IMG/VR virus record: IMGVR_UViG_2895847146_000001
Location: 32,001 to 96,000 of that record
Source of the DNA: a virus
Lineage: Duplodnaviria > Caudoviricetes
Direction: 5' to 3' (one strand)
Length of the DNA: 64,000 nt
The notes beneath the pieces were generated by a model, which worked only from the letters and a program-made list of their open reading frames with translations, ran no database searches and was not told where the DNA came from. Below, in pieces: positions 9,089 through 17,868 of the stretch. Every line of letters starts with the position of its first letter. The first letter of the stretch is position 1. Made by a program: the position numbers and the translations under genes.

Positions 9089-10374
9089 ATGCCCCAGTCA
9101 GCTGGGCCATCGGTGCCGGTGGCCCGCATCGGTAGGCGCTCGGGCCCAATGTCCAGCGGATGCTTACGCGGCGCGCCGAACACCCGATTGATATCCTCGG
9201 CAATCGTCTTGTCCAGAATCTTGGCGTAGATGCGCTCGGTCATCTTGATGCTGGAGTGGCCCAGGATTTTGCTGACGACTTCCATGCGCACGCCGGCATT
9301 GAGCAGCAACACGCCGGCCGTCTTGCGGCCGATATGCGTGGTCAGACGTTCCACACTCAAGCCGCACAACGCGGCCACCTCTTTCAAGTAGCGGTTATAG
9401 TTCTGGTTGGAGATGACCGGCAGCTGCTGCTCATAGCGGGCCAGGATGCGCTCGGCCTCGGGAAGCAGTGGCACGATACACTCGTAGGGTTTATCCATCG
9501 TGCTCTTCTGACGAACGATCTTCAGCCAGCGGCGCCCGTCATGGCCCCGGCTCACGTCCCGTGGTATGCGCAGATTCGCTAGGTCAGCATACGCTAGCCC
9601 TGTCCAGCATTGAAACACGAAGCAATCGGCCGCACGCTGCACCGCCTGTAGGGAAAAAGGATAGTAGCTGACTCTGCCCAGCTCATCCAGGTCCAGGAAG
9701 ATGAGTTCTTTCGGGGCGGCCTTGCGCATGGTGTAGCCGGCCATGGGATTCGTGGTCAGGTGCTTGCGCCGTATGCCCCAAAGCAGGACCTGCTTCACAC
9801 ATTCCAGCGTCTTTTGCGCGTAGGGCTTCCCAGCACTTTTGGAGAGACGCAGCCAGTGGAAGTAGGCATCGGCCGTATTGTGGTCGAACGTTTCGGGCCG
9901 CATGTCCAACTCCTCCCGGGCTTTTAGAAAGGCCTCCAACGAGCGACGACGGGTGCGGTACACGGCCAGGGTCGAAGTCGAGATTTCTACATCGACCAAC
10001 GAGGCCTTTTCTTGTAGGAAGCTATCGAATAGCTCCAGCAGGTTCAGCTTCGAATAGCCTCCTGCCTTGTAGAGCTTCACCAGCGCGGCGGCGGTGTAGG
10101 GGGTTTTCTCACGAATGAAATGATCTTCCAATTCCTCGAAGGCGTCCCGTACTCGTTTGAGCTTTGCATTGGCGTAATCGGCGGCTTCTCCCCTACCCTT
10201 CACCCGTTGCTGCCCTGGGTTCCAATCTTTATAGAGCACCTTCACCTCGGTTGCAAACGGCGTCGTCTGCTCGCCATCGACAGTGACACGGACAGTAATC
10301 GTACCGGGCCGCGCCTTGTCTGTGGTGTTGGCGCGGAATAAGAATCGAATGAGCATGCGCTGTTTCATGGCCAA
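9079..10374 (-). CDS. int: Tyrosine integrase of prophage 1 (ATG start probably 10368)
   Basis: N-terminal arm-binding domain, TGLAYADL, THIGRKT and LGHSSIKMTERIYA motifs; adjacent to the tRNA. Confidence 0.93.
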   Translation of the reverse strand: MAMKQRMLIRFLFRANTTDKARPGTITVRVTVDGEQTTPFATEVKVLYKDWNPGQQRVKGRGEAADYANAKLKRVRDAFEELEDHFIREKTPYTAAALVKLYKAGGYSKLNLLELFDSFLQEKASLVDVEISTSTLAVYRTRRRSLEAFLKAREELDMRPETFDHNTADAYFHWLRLSKSAGKPYAQKTLECVKQVLLWGIRRKHLTTNPMAGYTMRKAAPKELIFLDLDELGRVSYYPFSLQAVQRAADCFVFQCWTGLAYADLANLRIPRDVSRGHDGRRWLKIVRQKSTMDKPYECIVPLLPEAERILARYEQQLPVISNQNYNRYLKEVAALCGLSVERLTTHIGRKTAGVLLLNAGVRMEVVSKILGHSSIKMTERIYAKILDKTIAEDINRVFGAPRKHPLDIGPERLPMRATGTDGPADWGIYG

Positions 10375-10440
10375 CCATTTTGACTAATCTGGTTGGCAAT
10401 TTTACTAAGAAGGTTATCGGATAGATACAGCGCAACGGGG

Positions 10441-10482
10441 GTTGTATCCAAAAGTAATTGCTGTATACAGGGCTGTATACAA
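10441..10482. promoter_or_regulatory. Putative integrase arm-type sites
   Basis: GCTGTATACA repeated twice in tandem (10460-10481) plus GTTGTATCCA at 10441, between the integrase and the tRNA. Confidence 0.45.
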
Positions 10483-10534
10483 AACTCAAACCGCCTTTAC
10501 TGCCCAAAAACCGCGTTTTCACTAGCGTAAGGGC

Positions 10535-10571
10535 AAAAAAGAAGCCCCGTTCCAAAGCTGAAACGGGGCTG
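10535..10571 (-). terminator. Terminator downstream of tRNA-Ser
   Basis: AGCCCCGTT/AACGGGGCT stem with a U-run on the minus strand. Confidence 0.7.
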
Positions 10572-10585
10572 CAAGCACTCAGATG

Positions 10586-10670
10586 CAGAGGAGGAGGGAT
10601 TCGAACCCCCGGACCTTTAACAGTCAACGGTTTTCAAGACCGCCGCAATCGACCACTCTGCCACTCCTCT
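10586..10670 (-). tRNA. tRNA-Ser(TGA), host gene
   Basis: AGAGGAG/CTCCTCT acceptor, anticodon loop CTTGAAA, long variable arm, GGTTCGAATCC T-arm. Confidence 0.96.
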
Positions 10671-10715
10671 AAAAGCATTCAACAGCCTTGGGGGCTGTTA
10701 AATGGTAACTAACAA

Positions 10716-10730
10716 TGCAGAGAGGGGGGA
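10716..10730 (-). repeat. Putative att core of prophage 2 (3' remnant of another tRNA-Ser)
   Basis: Minus strand TCCCCCCTCTCTGCA resembles the T-stem/acceptor 3' end of a tRNA-Ser and parallels TCCCTCCTCCTCTGCA of the adjacent tRNA; 130 bp from the integrase 2 stop. Confidence 0.6.
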
Positions 10731-10794
10731 ACTCAAGTTTCAGACGCCCCAGAACACTCATTGTCTTCCCGGCCACGTTCTGGCCGATTGACAT

Positions 10795-10804
10795 TGCAAA
10801 TATA
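10795..10804 (-). promoter_or_regulatory. Bacteroidota -7 promoter box facing out of prophage 2
   Basis: Minus strand TATATTTGCA matches TAnnTTTG; no clear -33 box. Confidence 0.5.
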
Positions 10805-10860
10805 AACACCTTTTTAGCTTGGTTGTACACGGTTTGTTCTACTTATGTTATACAACTGTT

Positions 10861-12291
10861 CTACTGGTTCTGAGACTCAGGACCATATAATTCATGGGCG
10901 CGGTGGGCCAGCTGGTCTTTTTCCAGCGAGCCGGCGTATCGTTCGGTTTGTTCAACGCTTTCGTGGTTGAGCATGTCGCGCAGGTCGAAAGAGCCGACGC
11001 CCTTTCGGCGGGCCATTGCCGTGAAGGAATGGCGGGCTACGTGGTTGGTGATGTGCTTCTGAATGCCAGCGTGCTCGGTGGCTACTTTCTTAATGTATTG
11101 GTTTAATAAGGTGGTCAAGGATTCAATGCGCTTGAGCAGGGCCACGTAGTGCGCCCGGAACTCGTGGCTTTCTTCGAGCTGGGTGACGCTCCAGCCTTCG
11201 GGGTATTTGGTGTACCACTCCCGGGCATCGAGCAGGGGCAGCACGAAGTCGTTTTCCGTAACGTGGCCCGCATAGCGGTGCAGCACCCGGTCCAGGCGCT
11301 CGTGGCGGGCCACGGTCTTCCACTTGCCGGTTTTCTGCTCCTGAAATTTAATGTCCTGCTGCACCGTGCGCCAGCGCAGCAGCAGCACGTCGGCCACCCG
11401 GGCGCCGAATAGATAATACTGCAGCAGCCAGGCGTCGCGCGAAACCTGGTACCACTTCTCGGCGGGCAGCTCCACGGTTTCCAGGGCCAGCACCTCCTCG
11501 TCGGATAGCTTTTCCTTTTCCTTGGCCTCCCCGGTACCCAGGCTCATGCGCTTGAAAGGGTTCTGGTGGTATTCGAGTTTGTTATCATCAATGGCCAGGG
11601 CCACGATGGTTTTGATAAAGGAGAGTTCTTTGGCCGGGGTCTGGCCCTTGTTGCCTACTACTTTTTCCAGCCACACGCGGTAGTCGCGGATAAAGGAGGC
11701 CGTCAACTCCGAGAAGGGCAACGGGCGGGCGGGCTGGCCCTCGGTCAGGGGAACCCAGCCCGTGAGCAGTTGGGAGCGGTCCGCACCGTCGGCAATCTTT
11801 TTCAGGCGGCCGGGCTTCATGCTTGGATCTATCCAGCCCCGGTACACCTTGAGCTTGTTGAGAATGCTTTCCAGCTTCTCAGCGGAGCGGGGGTTGCCGT
11901 GCACCTTGCGGCGAGCTACTTCCTTGGCAAAGTAGGCCAGAAAGTCTTCCTGGGCGGGCGTGGGCGCGGCCGGGGCCTTGCCGGGCTCGTGGCCGGCCTT
12001 CACCGCATCACGCCACGCCGCCGAAGTCAGGGTGGGGTCGTAGTTAATCCAGGCCATGGCCAGCTTGAGGCGGCGCTGAATGGTTTTGTTGAAGGACTCG
12101 GCGCCCGTGTTCTTGCTACGAATCCAGTTCGGCTTCTGCAGGCTGCCGTCTTCGTTCCAGTCCTTTTCAGGGACGGCAAAGCCCAGGCTCAGGTATTTGG
12201 CCTGGCGGTTGACGGTAAACACTAAGTTGACCGGGCGCGGCCCACCCGGTTGCAAGGCGGGCCGCAGAATGGCTTTGCAGGTAGCGGCCAT
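10861..12291 (-). CDS. int: Tyrosine integrase of prophage 2
   Basis: Arm-binding N-terminus, FGARVADV, NHVARHSF and LNHESVEQTERY motifs. Confidence 0.93.
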   Translation of the reverse strand: MAATCKAILRPALQPGGPRPVNLVFTVNRQAKYLSLGFAVPEKDWNEDGSLQKPNWIRSKNTGAESFNKTIQRRLKLAMAWINYDPTLTSAAWRDAVKAGHEPGKAPAAPTPAQEDFLAYFAKEVARRKVHGNPRSAEKLESILNKLKVYRGWIDPSMKPGRLKKIADGADRSQLLTGWVPLTEGQPARPLPFSELTASFIRDYRVWLEKVVGNKGQTPAKELSFIKTIVALAIDDNKLEYHQNPFKRMSLGTGEAKEKEKLSDEEVLALETVELPAEKWYQVSRDAWLLQYYLFGARVADVLLLRWRTVQQDIKFQEQKTGKWKTVARHERLDRVLHRYAGHVTENDFVLPLLDAREWYTKYPEGWSVTQLEESHEFRAHYVALLKRIESLTTLLNQYIKKVATEHAGIQKHITNHVARHSFTAMARRKGVGSFDLRDMLNHESVEQTERYAGSLEKDQLAHRAHELYGPESQNQ

Positions 12292-12399
12292 AGGAAATCA
12301 GGGAAAGGAATGGGGTGTAAGCAGGGAGCCAGCCCCGTTTCCGGAGCGGTTGCAGCAGTAAAAGTTGCACGCAACTTCCCTGTAAAGTAAAAAAACAGC

Positions 12400-13134
12400 T
12401 TAGCGAATCGGAGCCCGTTCCGCGAACTCCTGGACCAGCCACATGGAGCGTATCTGGTTGCGGGGCACGGGGTACGGAGACATGGGCGTTTCCGAATCCG
12501 AGTGCAGCATCAGGAAGCCCTGGGTGGACAAATCGTTGCCGTGGATGCGTTTAATAACTAGGTATTCTCCAAAACAAATAATCACTACCCGCTCGTAAAT
12601 GGAGTGCCATTTCGCTTCGGCAATGAGGTCTGCCACCACTTTAGAGCCGTGGGGCAGGGTCTTTTCCATACTGTCTCCGTTCACTTCGAAGATAGCGGAA
12701 TTAGCATATTTGTTTCCCGGATCATTGGCTAGGGTCAGCTTGAATGTATCCAGGCTGGCGAGCGACTTAATAACATTGGATGAAGCCATTTCTGCAAAGC
12801 CCGCGCGGGCCACAATAGGTATGTAAGGTAGGTCGAGAGCAAACGCGCGAGGGTATTCGTCTGGTACAATTTTAACATTGTTTTCGACCAACGGCACGTC
12901 TCCACCGTGCAACATAGCCAGTTCGTCGGGCAATAACAATTGTTCTAATGGATAATCGAACACTTGCGCAATCTTTTCGCGCATATCACGCTTGGGAAAA
13001 CTCTTGCCTTCCACCCAGCGCGTTACGGTAGACTTGTCTACTCCTAGCATTGCAGCGAACTTATTGTTGCGCAACTTCCTCTCTTCTAAAATCCGCTGGA
13101 TTAACATATTTATGGTACTTGGCGTGGTTGGCAT
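12400..13134 (-). CDS. CI/LexA-like repressor (HTH_XRE plus S24 peptidase)
   Basis: FAAMLGVDKSTVTRWVEG HTH, ARAG cleavage site, catalytic GDSM and VIKR. Confidence 0.92.
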   Translation of the reverse strand: MPTTPSTINMLIQRILEERKLRNNKFAAMLGVDKSTVTRWVEGKSFPKRDMREKIAQVFDYPLEQLLLPDELAMLHGGDVPLVENNVKIVPDEYPRAFALDLPYIPIVARAGFAEMASSNVIKSLASLDTFKLTLANDPGNKYANSAIFEVNGDSMEKTLPHGSKVVADLIAEAKWHSIYERVVIICFGEYLVIKRIHGNDLSTQGFLMLHSDSETPMSPYPVPRNQIRSMWLVQEFAERAPIR

Positions 13135-13149
13135 TGGAGAGATTGAAGA

Positions 13150-13332
13150 ATATGCAACTTTTTAGACAATTTCCTTGCAACTGACTAGGAATTGTTGCGC
13201 ACATCTTGCAACTTTGTTCTACTTCCAATGAGGATGCAACTAAGGTACGCAACTATTCCAGAAATCGTTGTACGCGGCTTCCAAAAAAGTTCCACCGCGC
13301 TTCCACAAAGGTTGTTAAAACCGCTTCAAAAT
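13150..13332. promoter_or_regulatory. Lysis/lysogeny switch operator region
   Basis: Repeated GCAAC/GTTGC half-sites (e.g. GTTGC-N9-GCAAC at 13194-13212) and three GCTTC(C)A-AA repeats about 23 bp apart, between the divergent cI and cro genes. Confidence 0.6.
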
Positions 13333-13343
13333 AGAACCAGCCG

Positions 13344-13604
13344 ATGAGTTTAGATCTTGAAAAGCTGCGCAAATCCCTGCTGAAAGGCGAAAGAAGGAAG
13401 ATTGAGGAGAAAGCAGGCGTGAAAAAATCCACGGTGCACGCTGTCCTCACCGGGAAAATAATCGGCACGCCTACAGTTGCACGAGTCGTCACGGCGGCAA
13501 TGGAGGTGGTAAAGGAGCGGGAACGTTCCCAGGAACGGCAAATCAACAAGGTTGCAACTTTCCTTGAAGAACGTGCAACAAAATTGAAAACCGCGCAACC
13601 ATGA
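13344..13604 (+). CDS. Cro-like HTH protein
   Basis: IEEKAGVKKSTVHAVLTG HTH, divergent from cI. Confidence 0.8.
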   Translation: MSLDLEKLRKSLLKGERRKIEEKAGVKKSTVHAVLTGKIIGTPTVARVVTAAMEVVKERERSQERQINKVATFLEERATKLKTAQP

Positions 13605-13975
13605 CCATGACTGCCCGTTACCCCGCCCCCACCCCGCTGGCTTCGTTGCTGGCCCAGGCTGACTCCCTGGCCTTTACGCAGGTGGAACACCACGACTCCT
13701 TATTTAAGGAGCTGCTGGCGGCCGTGAAAACCCTGGCCCTGGAGGTGCAGACGCTCAAAGAAGGACAGGCCGAATGGGTCAGCCAGAAAGAGGCCATGAA
13801 GCTATGCGGCCGTAGCCGCGCCTGGTTCTACGAGCAGCGCAACCGAGACACGTTACCCATCCGGGTGCTGCCGCCGACCAAGGGCAGCCGTGAAGTGAAA
13901 TACAACCGGGCTGATTGCCTGGCCTACGCCCAGGCCAACCTTATTGCTCCACCGCCTACTCAGCAACTCCAATGA
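13601..13975 (+). CDS. Excisionase-like winged-HTH protein
   Basis: WVSQKEAMKLCGRSRAWFY...VKYNRAD (HTH_17/AlpA-like). Confidence 0.7.
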   Translation: MTMTARYPAPTPLASLLAQADSLAFTQVEHHDSLFKELLAAVKTLALEVQTLKEGQAEWVSQKEAMKLCGRSRAWFYEQRNRDTLPIRVLPPTKGSREVKYNRADCLAYAQANLIAPPPTQQLQ

Positions 13976-14235
13976 AACGCACCTCACAGAAGCAGCTGCT
14001 TACCGATTTTGCCACCGAGGCCGCCGCCCTGGGCGCCCGCTACGGAGTAAACCACATCTACACCAAGCACGACCCGCGCAGTGAAGGCGGCCCCTACAGC
14101 TGCTTTTTCCGGCTGCTGACGGATGCCATGCACCAGCAGGCGGCCGGCGCCTACACCCCCGAGGATGCGCTGGAAAACTTGGAGGACGCCCTGTATCAGG
14201 CCCACCGAGACAACAAAACCTTTTCGGCCAATTAA
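13972..14235 (+). CDS. Hypothetical protein
   Basis: ATG 13972 overlaps the previous stop. Confidence 0.55.
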   Translation: MKRTSQKQLLTDFATEAAALGARYGVNHIYTKHDPRSEGGPYSCFFRLLTDAMHQQAAGAYTPEDALENLEDALYQAHRDNKTFSAN

Positions 14236-14274
14236 CACCTCTTCCCCTCCCTAACCTCTTCTACCTCCTACGTC

Positions 14275-14658
14275 ATGAACAACACCACAAAATCTCAGAC
14301 CATGAACACTACAACATTCGGAGCGGCCATTGAAGCCGCAAAAGACGGTTTCAAAATCACTCGCTCGGGCTGGAATGGCAAGGGTATGTGGCTGATAATG
14401 TTTAGTCACTCGACTTTCATCACCGTGGATACTAACGATGGGGAAGTCGTGCCAAATGATATTTCCGAGCTAGGCTATTGCGCACACATTGGCGACGAGG
14501 GCACTCGCATCGAGCACATAGGTATCACCGATACGGGCGCCGACTTCTATCCAATCAGCGACTTCCTTTTGATGAAAACTGCTGACAACAAAGTGGTTCC
14601 GTGGCTTGCATCACAAACTGATGTGCTGGCTGAAGACTGGCTTATCCTGCCCCGCTAA
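14275..14658 (+). CDS. DUF2829 / Thoeris anti-defence Tad2-like protein
   Basis: FGAAIEAAKDG.KITRSGWNGKGMW and VPWLASQTDVLAEDW signatures. Confidence 0.82.
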   Translation: MNNTTKSQTMNTTTFGAAIEAAKDGFKITRSGWNGKGMWLIMFSHSTFITVDTNDGEVVPNDISELGYCAHIGDEGTRIEHIGITDTGADFYPISDFLLMKTADNKVVPWLASQTDVLAEDWLILPR

Positions 14659-14727
14659 CACCCCCAAGCAAAAAGCTCGGCTGCTACTGGACATAGCGCC
14701 GGGCCCCACACAGAATTCAAACACACT

Positions 14728-15000
14728 ATGCTGTTACTCCTGCTTGCCCTCTCGCTTTTCAGCCACCAGCAGCCCGAACCCGCCGAACCAGGGACGGACC
14801 CTGAAAGCACCGAGCTGGTGCGCCAACTGGCCGCCCAACACCACCTCAACGAAGCGGCCATTATTCGACTCCGCGCCGTCTGCCGGCCGTTCGATGCGCA
14901 GCTGGCCCAGGCCACGCCCGAGGAACAAGCCGCTATTCGCCTGCAGCGCGAAGCCGCCATTCACTCCCTTCTCACACAATACTATGCAACCAGCAAATGA
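14728..15000 (+). CDS. Small secreted hypothetical protein
   Basis: Hydrophobic N-terminus and a helical body. Confidence 0.45.
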   Translation: MLLLLLALSLFSHQQPEPAEPGTDPESTELVRQLAAQHHLNEAAIIRLRAVCRPFDAQLAQATPEEQAAIRLQREAAIHSLLTQYYATSK

Positions 15001-15238
15001 AAAACGGCAATTCCCGGCCCGCCTTGCGGCCCGCCACCCGCGAACTGGTACAGCGTTTCGCCGTCGGCGCCGTGCTCTGCGCCGTCTTGTATATACTCTG
15101 GTCGATGCTCCACTTCCCCATCCGGCCCCTCTGGTAAAACCCATCCGGGTTATTCGGGCCACTGCCAGCCGGCTTACGGCGGCCATGCGCATGCACTTGT
15201 TTAATGACTACGACTCTGCTTACGACCAGCCCCGATGA
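14984..15238 (+). CDS. Arg-rich hypothetical protein
   Basis: ATG 14984; AFRRRRRALRR; ATGA-coupled to the next ORF. Confidence 0.45.
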   Translation: MQPANEKRQFPARLAARHPRTGTAFRRRRRALRRLVYTLVDAPLPHPAPLVKPIRVIRATASRLTAAMRMHLFNDYDSAYDQPR

Positions 15239-15330
15239 AACATCACTCCATTTTCACCCGCGTTATCGGCCTCTTTCTACTCTGCATCATTTTCCCCTGC
15301 ATCTGGCTGGGCTACAAGATTTTCTCTTAA
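15235..15330 (+). CDS. 31-aa single-TM peptide
   Basis: MKHHSIFTRVIGLFLLCIIFPCIWLGYKIFS; ATGA overlap with the upstream ORF. Confidence 0.5.
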   Translation: MKHHSIFTRVIGLFLLCIIFPCIWLGYKIFS

Positions 15331-15356
15331 TTTTTTTCACTCCAACCCCTTACCCA

Positions 15357-15791
15357 ATGGAAACGCTACTGTATCCAAATGCTGATGAGCAGACGCGCCG
15401 CGACATGCTCGAATCCGAAGCCTTCAAAGTCGTTGACGGCGAAAAGTATGACCGGCGCCTGAGTGACGCGGAAATCGAAGACCGTCGCCACGAGGCTGTT
15501 AAGTTGCTCGACAAGCAGGACGAGCTGGCCGTGGAGAAGAAAGAAGTGATGGATGACTTCAAGGCCCGGGCCAGCAGCCTGAACAAAAAGCTAAGCACCC
15601 TGCGCCAGGAAGCCCGCACGGGTGTCACCAACGAAACCGGTAAGCTCTACTACATTCCCGATTACGACGCACGCCGGATGGGTATTTACAACGGCGCCGG
15701 CGAACTGATTAATAGCCGTGGCCTGCTGCCCGAGGAGCGCCAGCAGAATATGTTTGCCTCACGCGGCGGCGCTTCCGGCACGGAAGGCTAA
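15357..15791 (+). CDS. Coiled-coil phage protein
   Basis: ATG 15357; long heptad region, then MGIYN..GELINSR.L.PEERQ. Confidence 0.7.
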   Translation: METLLYPNADEQTRRDMLESEAFKVVDGEKYDRRLSDAEIEDRRHEAVKLLDKQDELAVEKKEVMDDFKARASSLNKKLSTLRQEARTGVTNETGKLYYIPDYDARRMGIYNGAGELINSRGLLPEERQQNMFASRGGASGTEG

Positions 15792-15846
15792 GCCTACCCG
15801 CCCCCTCCCCTGTCCCTATTTTCCATAGATCAATAACACCTTTCGT

Positions 15847-16563
15847 ATGTCTACTACCCCCACAGAGCACTTCACGTTCGAAACCCCCGGTACCCACACC
15901 ATCGTGCACGTTCAGGGCGCCCCCGAGCGCGAGCCCAAAGCCCTAACCTATACCGGCCGCATTGACGCGCCCAGCAGCTTCCTCAAGCCCAAGGAAGGCA
16001 ACTACGACCCCAAGCGGGCCACGGCAACCATCGACACGGACGCTGGCTCCATTACATTGGTGCTGGACGAAAAAGAGCACGCCACCGATACCATTACCGG
16101 CAAGCTGGAGCCCGAAACCTCCTTGGTGGACCTGGGTGTCAACAGCGCGACCAAGAAATACGACTCCAAGGACCTGGCCAAGGTGGTCAAGCGCCTGGGC
16201 CACCTGTTTCCGAATCGCGAGGAGCACGTTACGCTGATGGCGCGGCTCAACAACTTCTCGGCCCGCGTGACCAAGTTTACCGAGGACAATCTGGCCACCA
16301 GTGGCAATGCCAAGAAAAGCCTGGAGACGGTGGTTGATGGCTTCGACCCGATTTCTTTCAAGCTGCAGGCTCCCGTGTTCAAAGGTGGCGAGAAGCAGAT
16401 CATTCGAGTGGATGTGGGCGTGGACGCGAGCAGCAACAACGTGCTGCTGTTCCTCGACTCGCAGGACTTGTATGACCTGGACGCCTCGCTGCGCCAGGAA
16501 CTGCTGAAGAAGGAAGCCGAGTATTTCACCTCGCTGGGTGTAGCCGTACTCTATAAGTCGTAA
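15847..16563 (+). CDS. Conserved phage protein (possibly DUF2303-like)
   Basis: 238 aa, F.L.APVFKGGEK motif; codon usage fits the phage core. Confidence 0.6.
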   Translation: MSTTPTEHFTFETPGTHTIVHVQGAPEREPKALTYTGRIDAPSSFLKPKEGNYDPKRATATIDTDAGSITLVLDEKEHATDTITGKLEPETSLVDLGVNSATKKYDSKDLAKVVKRLGHLFPNREEHVTLMARLNNFSARVTKFTEDNLATSGNAKKSLETVVDGFDPISFKLQAPVFKGGEKQIIRVDVGVDASSNNVLLFLDSQDLYDLDASLRQELLKKEAEYFTSLGVAVLYKS

Positions 16564-16628
16564 TTCCTCACCGCCGCGCCCGGAATCTGCTGGGCGCGGC
16601 ACTTTTCAACCTGTTGACTCAAAAGTAA

Positions 16629-17609
16629 ATGGCCAACCAGCAGAAGACAGAACCCAATACCAAAAACCTCTACCAGCGCATCCGGGCGGTTATGGAGGAT
16701 GTGGAGTACCTGCAAAAGGACAAAGAGGTATCCACGGGCGGCGCCGGCTCCTACAAAGCCCTGAGCGAGGAAACCGTAACCAAGAACGTGCGCGAGGCCA
16801 TGATCCGCCACGGGCTGGTTATCCTGCCCATCGGCCAGGAGCACCACTTGGTAGACCATGTGCGCGGCCCGGGCAAGGTGGTCAGCCTGACTACCGTAAA
16901 CACACAGTATAAGATTGTCAACGTGGACAATCCAACTGAGTTTGAAATTCTGGCCTCGTCGGGCACCGGCGTAGACAGCCAGGACAAGGGCGTGGGCAAG
17001 GCCATGACCTACAGCTATAAGTACTTGCTGTTGCGCACCTTCGGTATTGCCACCGGCCGCGACGCCGACAGCGTAGGCAACGCCGAGCTGGAACGCGAGC
17101 AGGCCCTGGCCGCCCAAAAGGCCATTGATGCTGCTATTCTTCTGCTGGAAGGAGCCACTACTGAAAAGGAGCTGAAGCAGGTAGGCGTCAAGGATTACAT
17201 GACGGACCCAAAGTACAAGGCGGCAGCCCTGGCCGCCAACAATCGAATCAAGGCAGCCGAGGCCAACGCGCTGGCTACGGAAACCGCCGCTCCACCCGTT
17301 GCTGCGGAAAAAAGTGGTGAGGCCAAACCGGAAGCCAAGGCCATGAAAGCCGTGCCGACGGAGCCCGAGCACCCTGGCACCGAAATTTCAGACGCTGAGG
17401 CCCCAGCACAGCCAGCAGTAGCGTATGCAACCGCCGCGCAGAAAGAGGAAATCATTCGCCTGCTCAACCATCCGGTAATTACCCGGCAGGAAAAGACGAA
17501 GATGCTGCTGAACGTCAACCGCCTGGATGAGGACAAAGCGGCGTCTGCCATTGCCAAGCTCAAAAAGGCCATCGAAGACCGTGAGAATGGCGAATCAGCC
17601 GCCGCGTAG
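16629..17609 (+). CDS. ERF-family single-strand annealing recombinase
   Basis: GTGVDSQDKGVGKAMTYSYKY.LL..FGI.TG.DAD motif. Confidence 0.85.
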   Translation: MANQQKTEPNTKNLYQRIRAVMEDVEYLQKDKEVSTGGAGSYKALSEETVTKNVREAMIRHGLVILPIGQEHHLVDHVRGPGKVVSLTTVNTQYKIVNVDNPTEFEILASSGTGVDSQDKGVGKAMTYSYKYLLLRTFGIATGRDADSVGNAELEREQALAAQKAIDAAILLLEGATTEKELKQVGVKDYMTDPKYKAAALAANNRIKAAEANALATETAAPPVAAEKSGEAKPEAKAMKAVPTEPEHPGTEISDAEAPAQPAVAYATAAQKEEIIRLLNHPVITRQEKTKMLLNVNRLDEDKAASAIAKLKKAIEDRENGESAAA

Positions 17610-17868
17610 CCCAGACCACGTATTTATCCTGGTAGCCTTCTCCTGCGACAACTGCGCCGGGGAAGGCTACCTACGGGGCGAGCCGCTGCCGACGGCCTGC
17701 CATCACTGCGACGAGGGCACGCGCTACCGCTGGCTACCCAAAGACCAGGTGCTGGCGGCCGAGGCCACCCACCAAACAGTCACCCGCCTGGCCGACGAGC
17801 TTTCCCCCTACTGGAAACAAGGATTTCACTTACTCCCCAAGCCCCCTGTCAATGGCCCCGATCTTTAG
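17587..17868 (+). CDS. Zn-ribbon protein
   Basis: CDNCAGEG...CHHCDEG. Confidence 0.55.
   Translation: MANQPPRSPDHVFILVAFSCDNCAGEGYLRGEPLPTACHHCDEGTRYRWLPKDQVLAAEATHQTVTRLADELSPYWKQGFHLLPKPPVNGPDL

Larger units (their letters stand above)
1..10585. mobile_element. Prophage 1 (partial, right end), integrated at the 3' end of tRNA-Ser(TGA)
   Basis: Portal-like, adaptor, holin, GH19 endolysin and spanin-like genes followed by morons and a tyrosine integrase immediately downstream of the tRNA. Confidence 0.85.

Noticed and set aside
9580-9610. Integrase 1 inactive because it has TGLAY instead of TGLR
   Set aside because: This variant is common in Bacteroidota tyrosine integrases and the other catalytic motifs are intact
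10229-10712. ORFs 10229-10627 and 10458-10712
   Set aside because: They overlap the tRNA-Ser, its terminator and the att region; spurious
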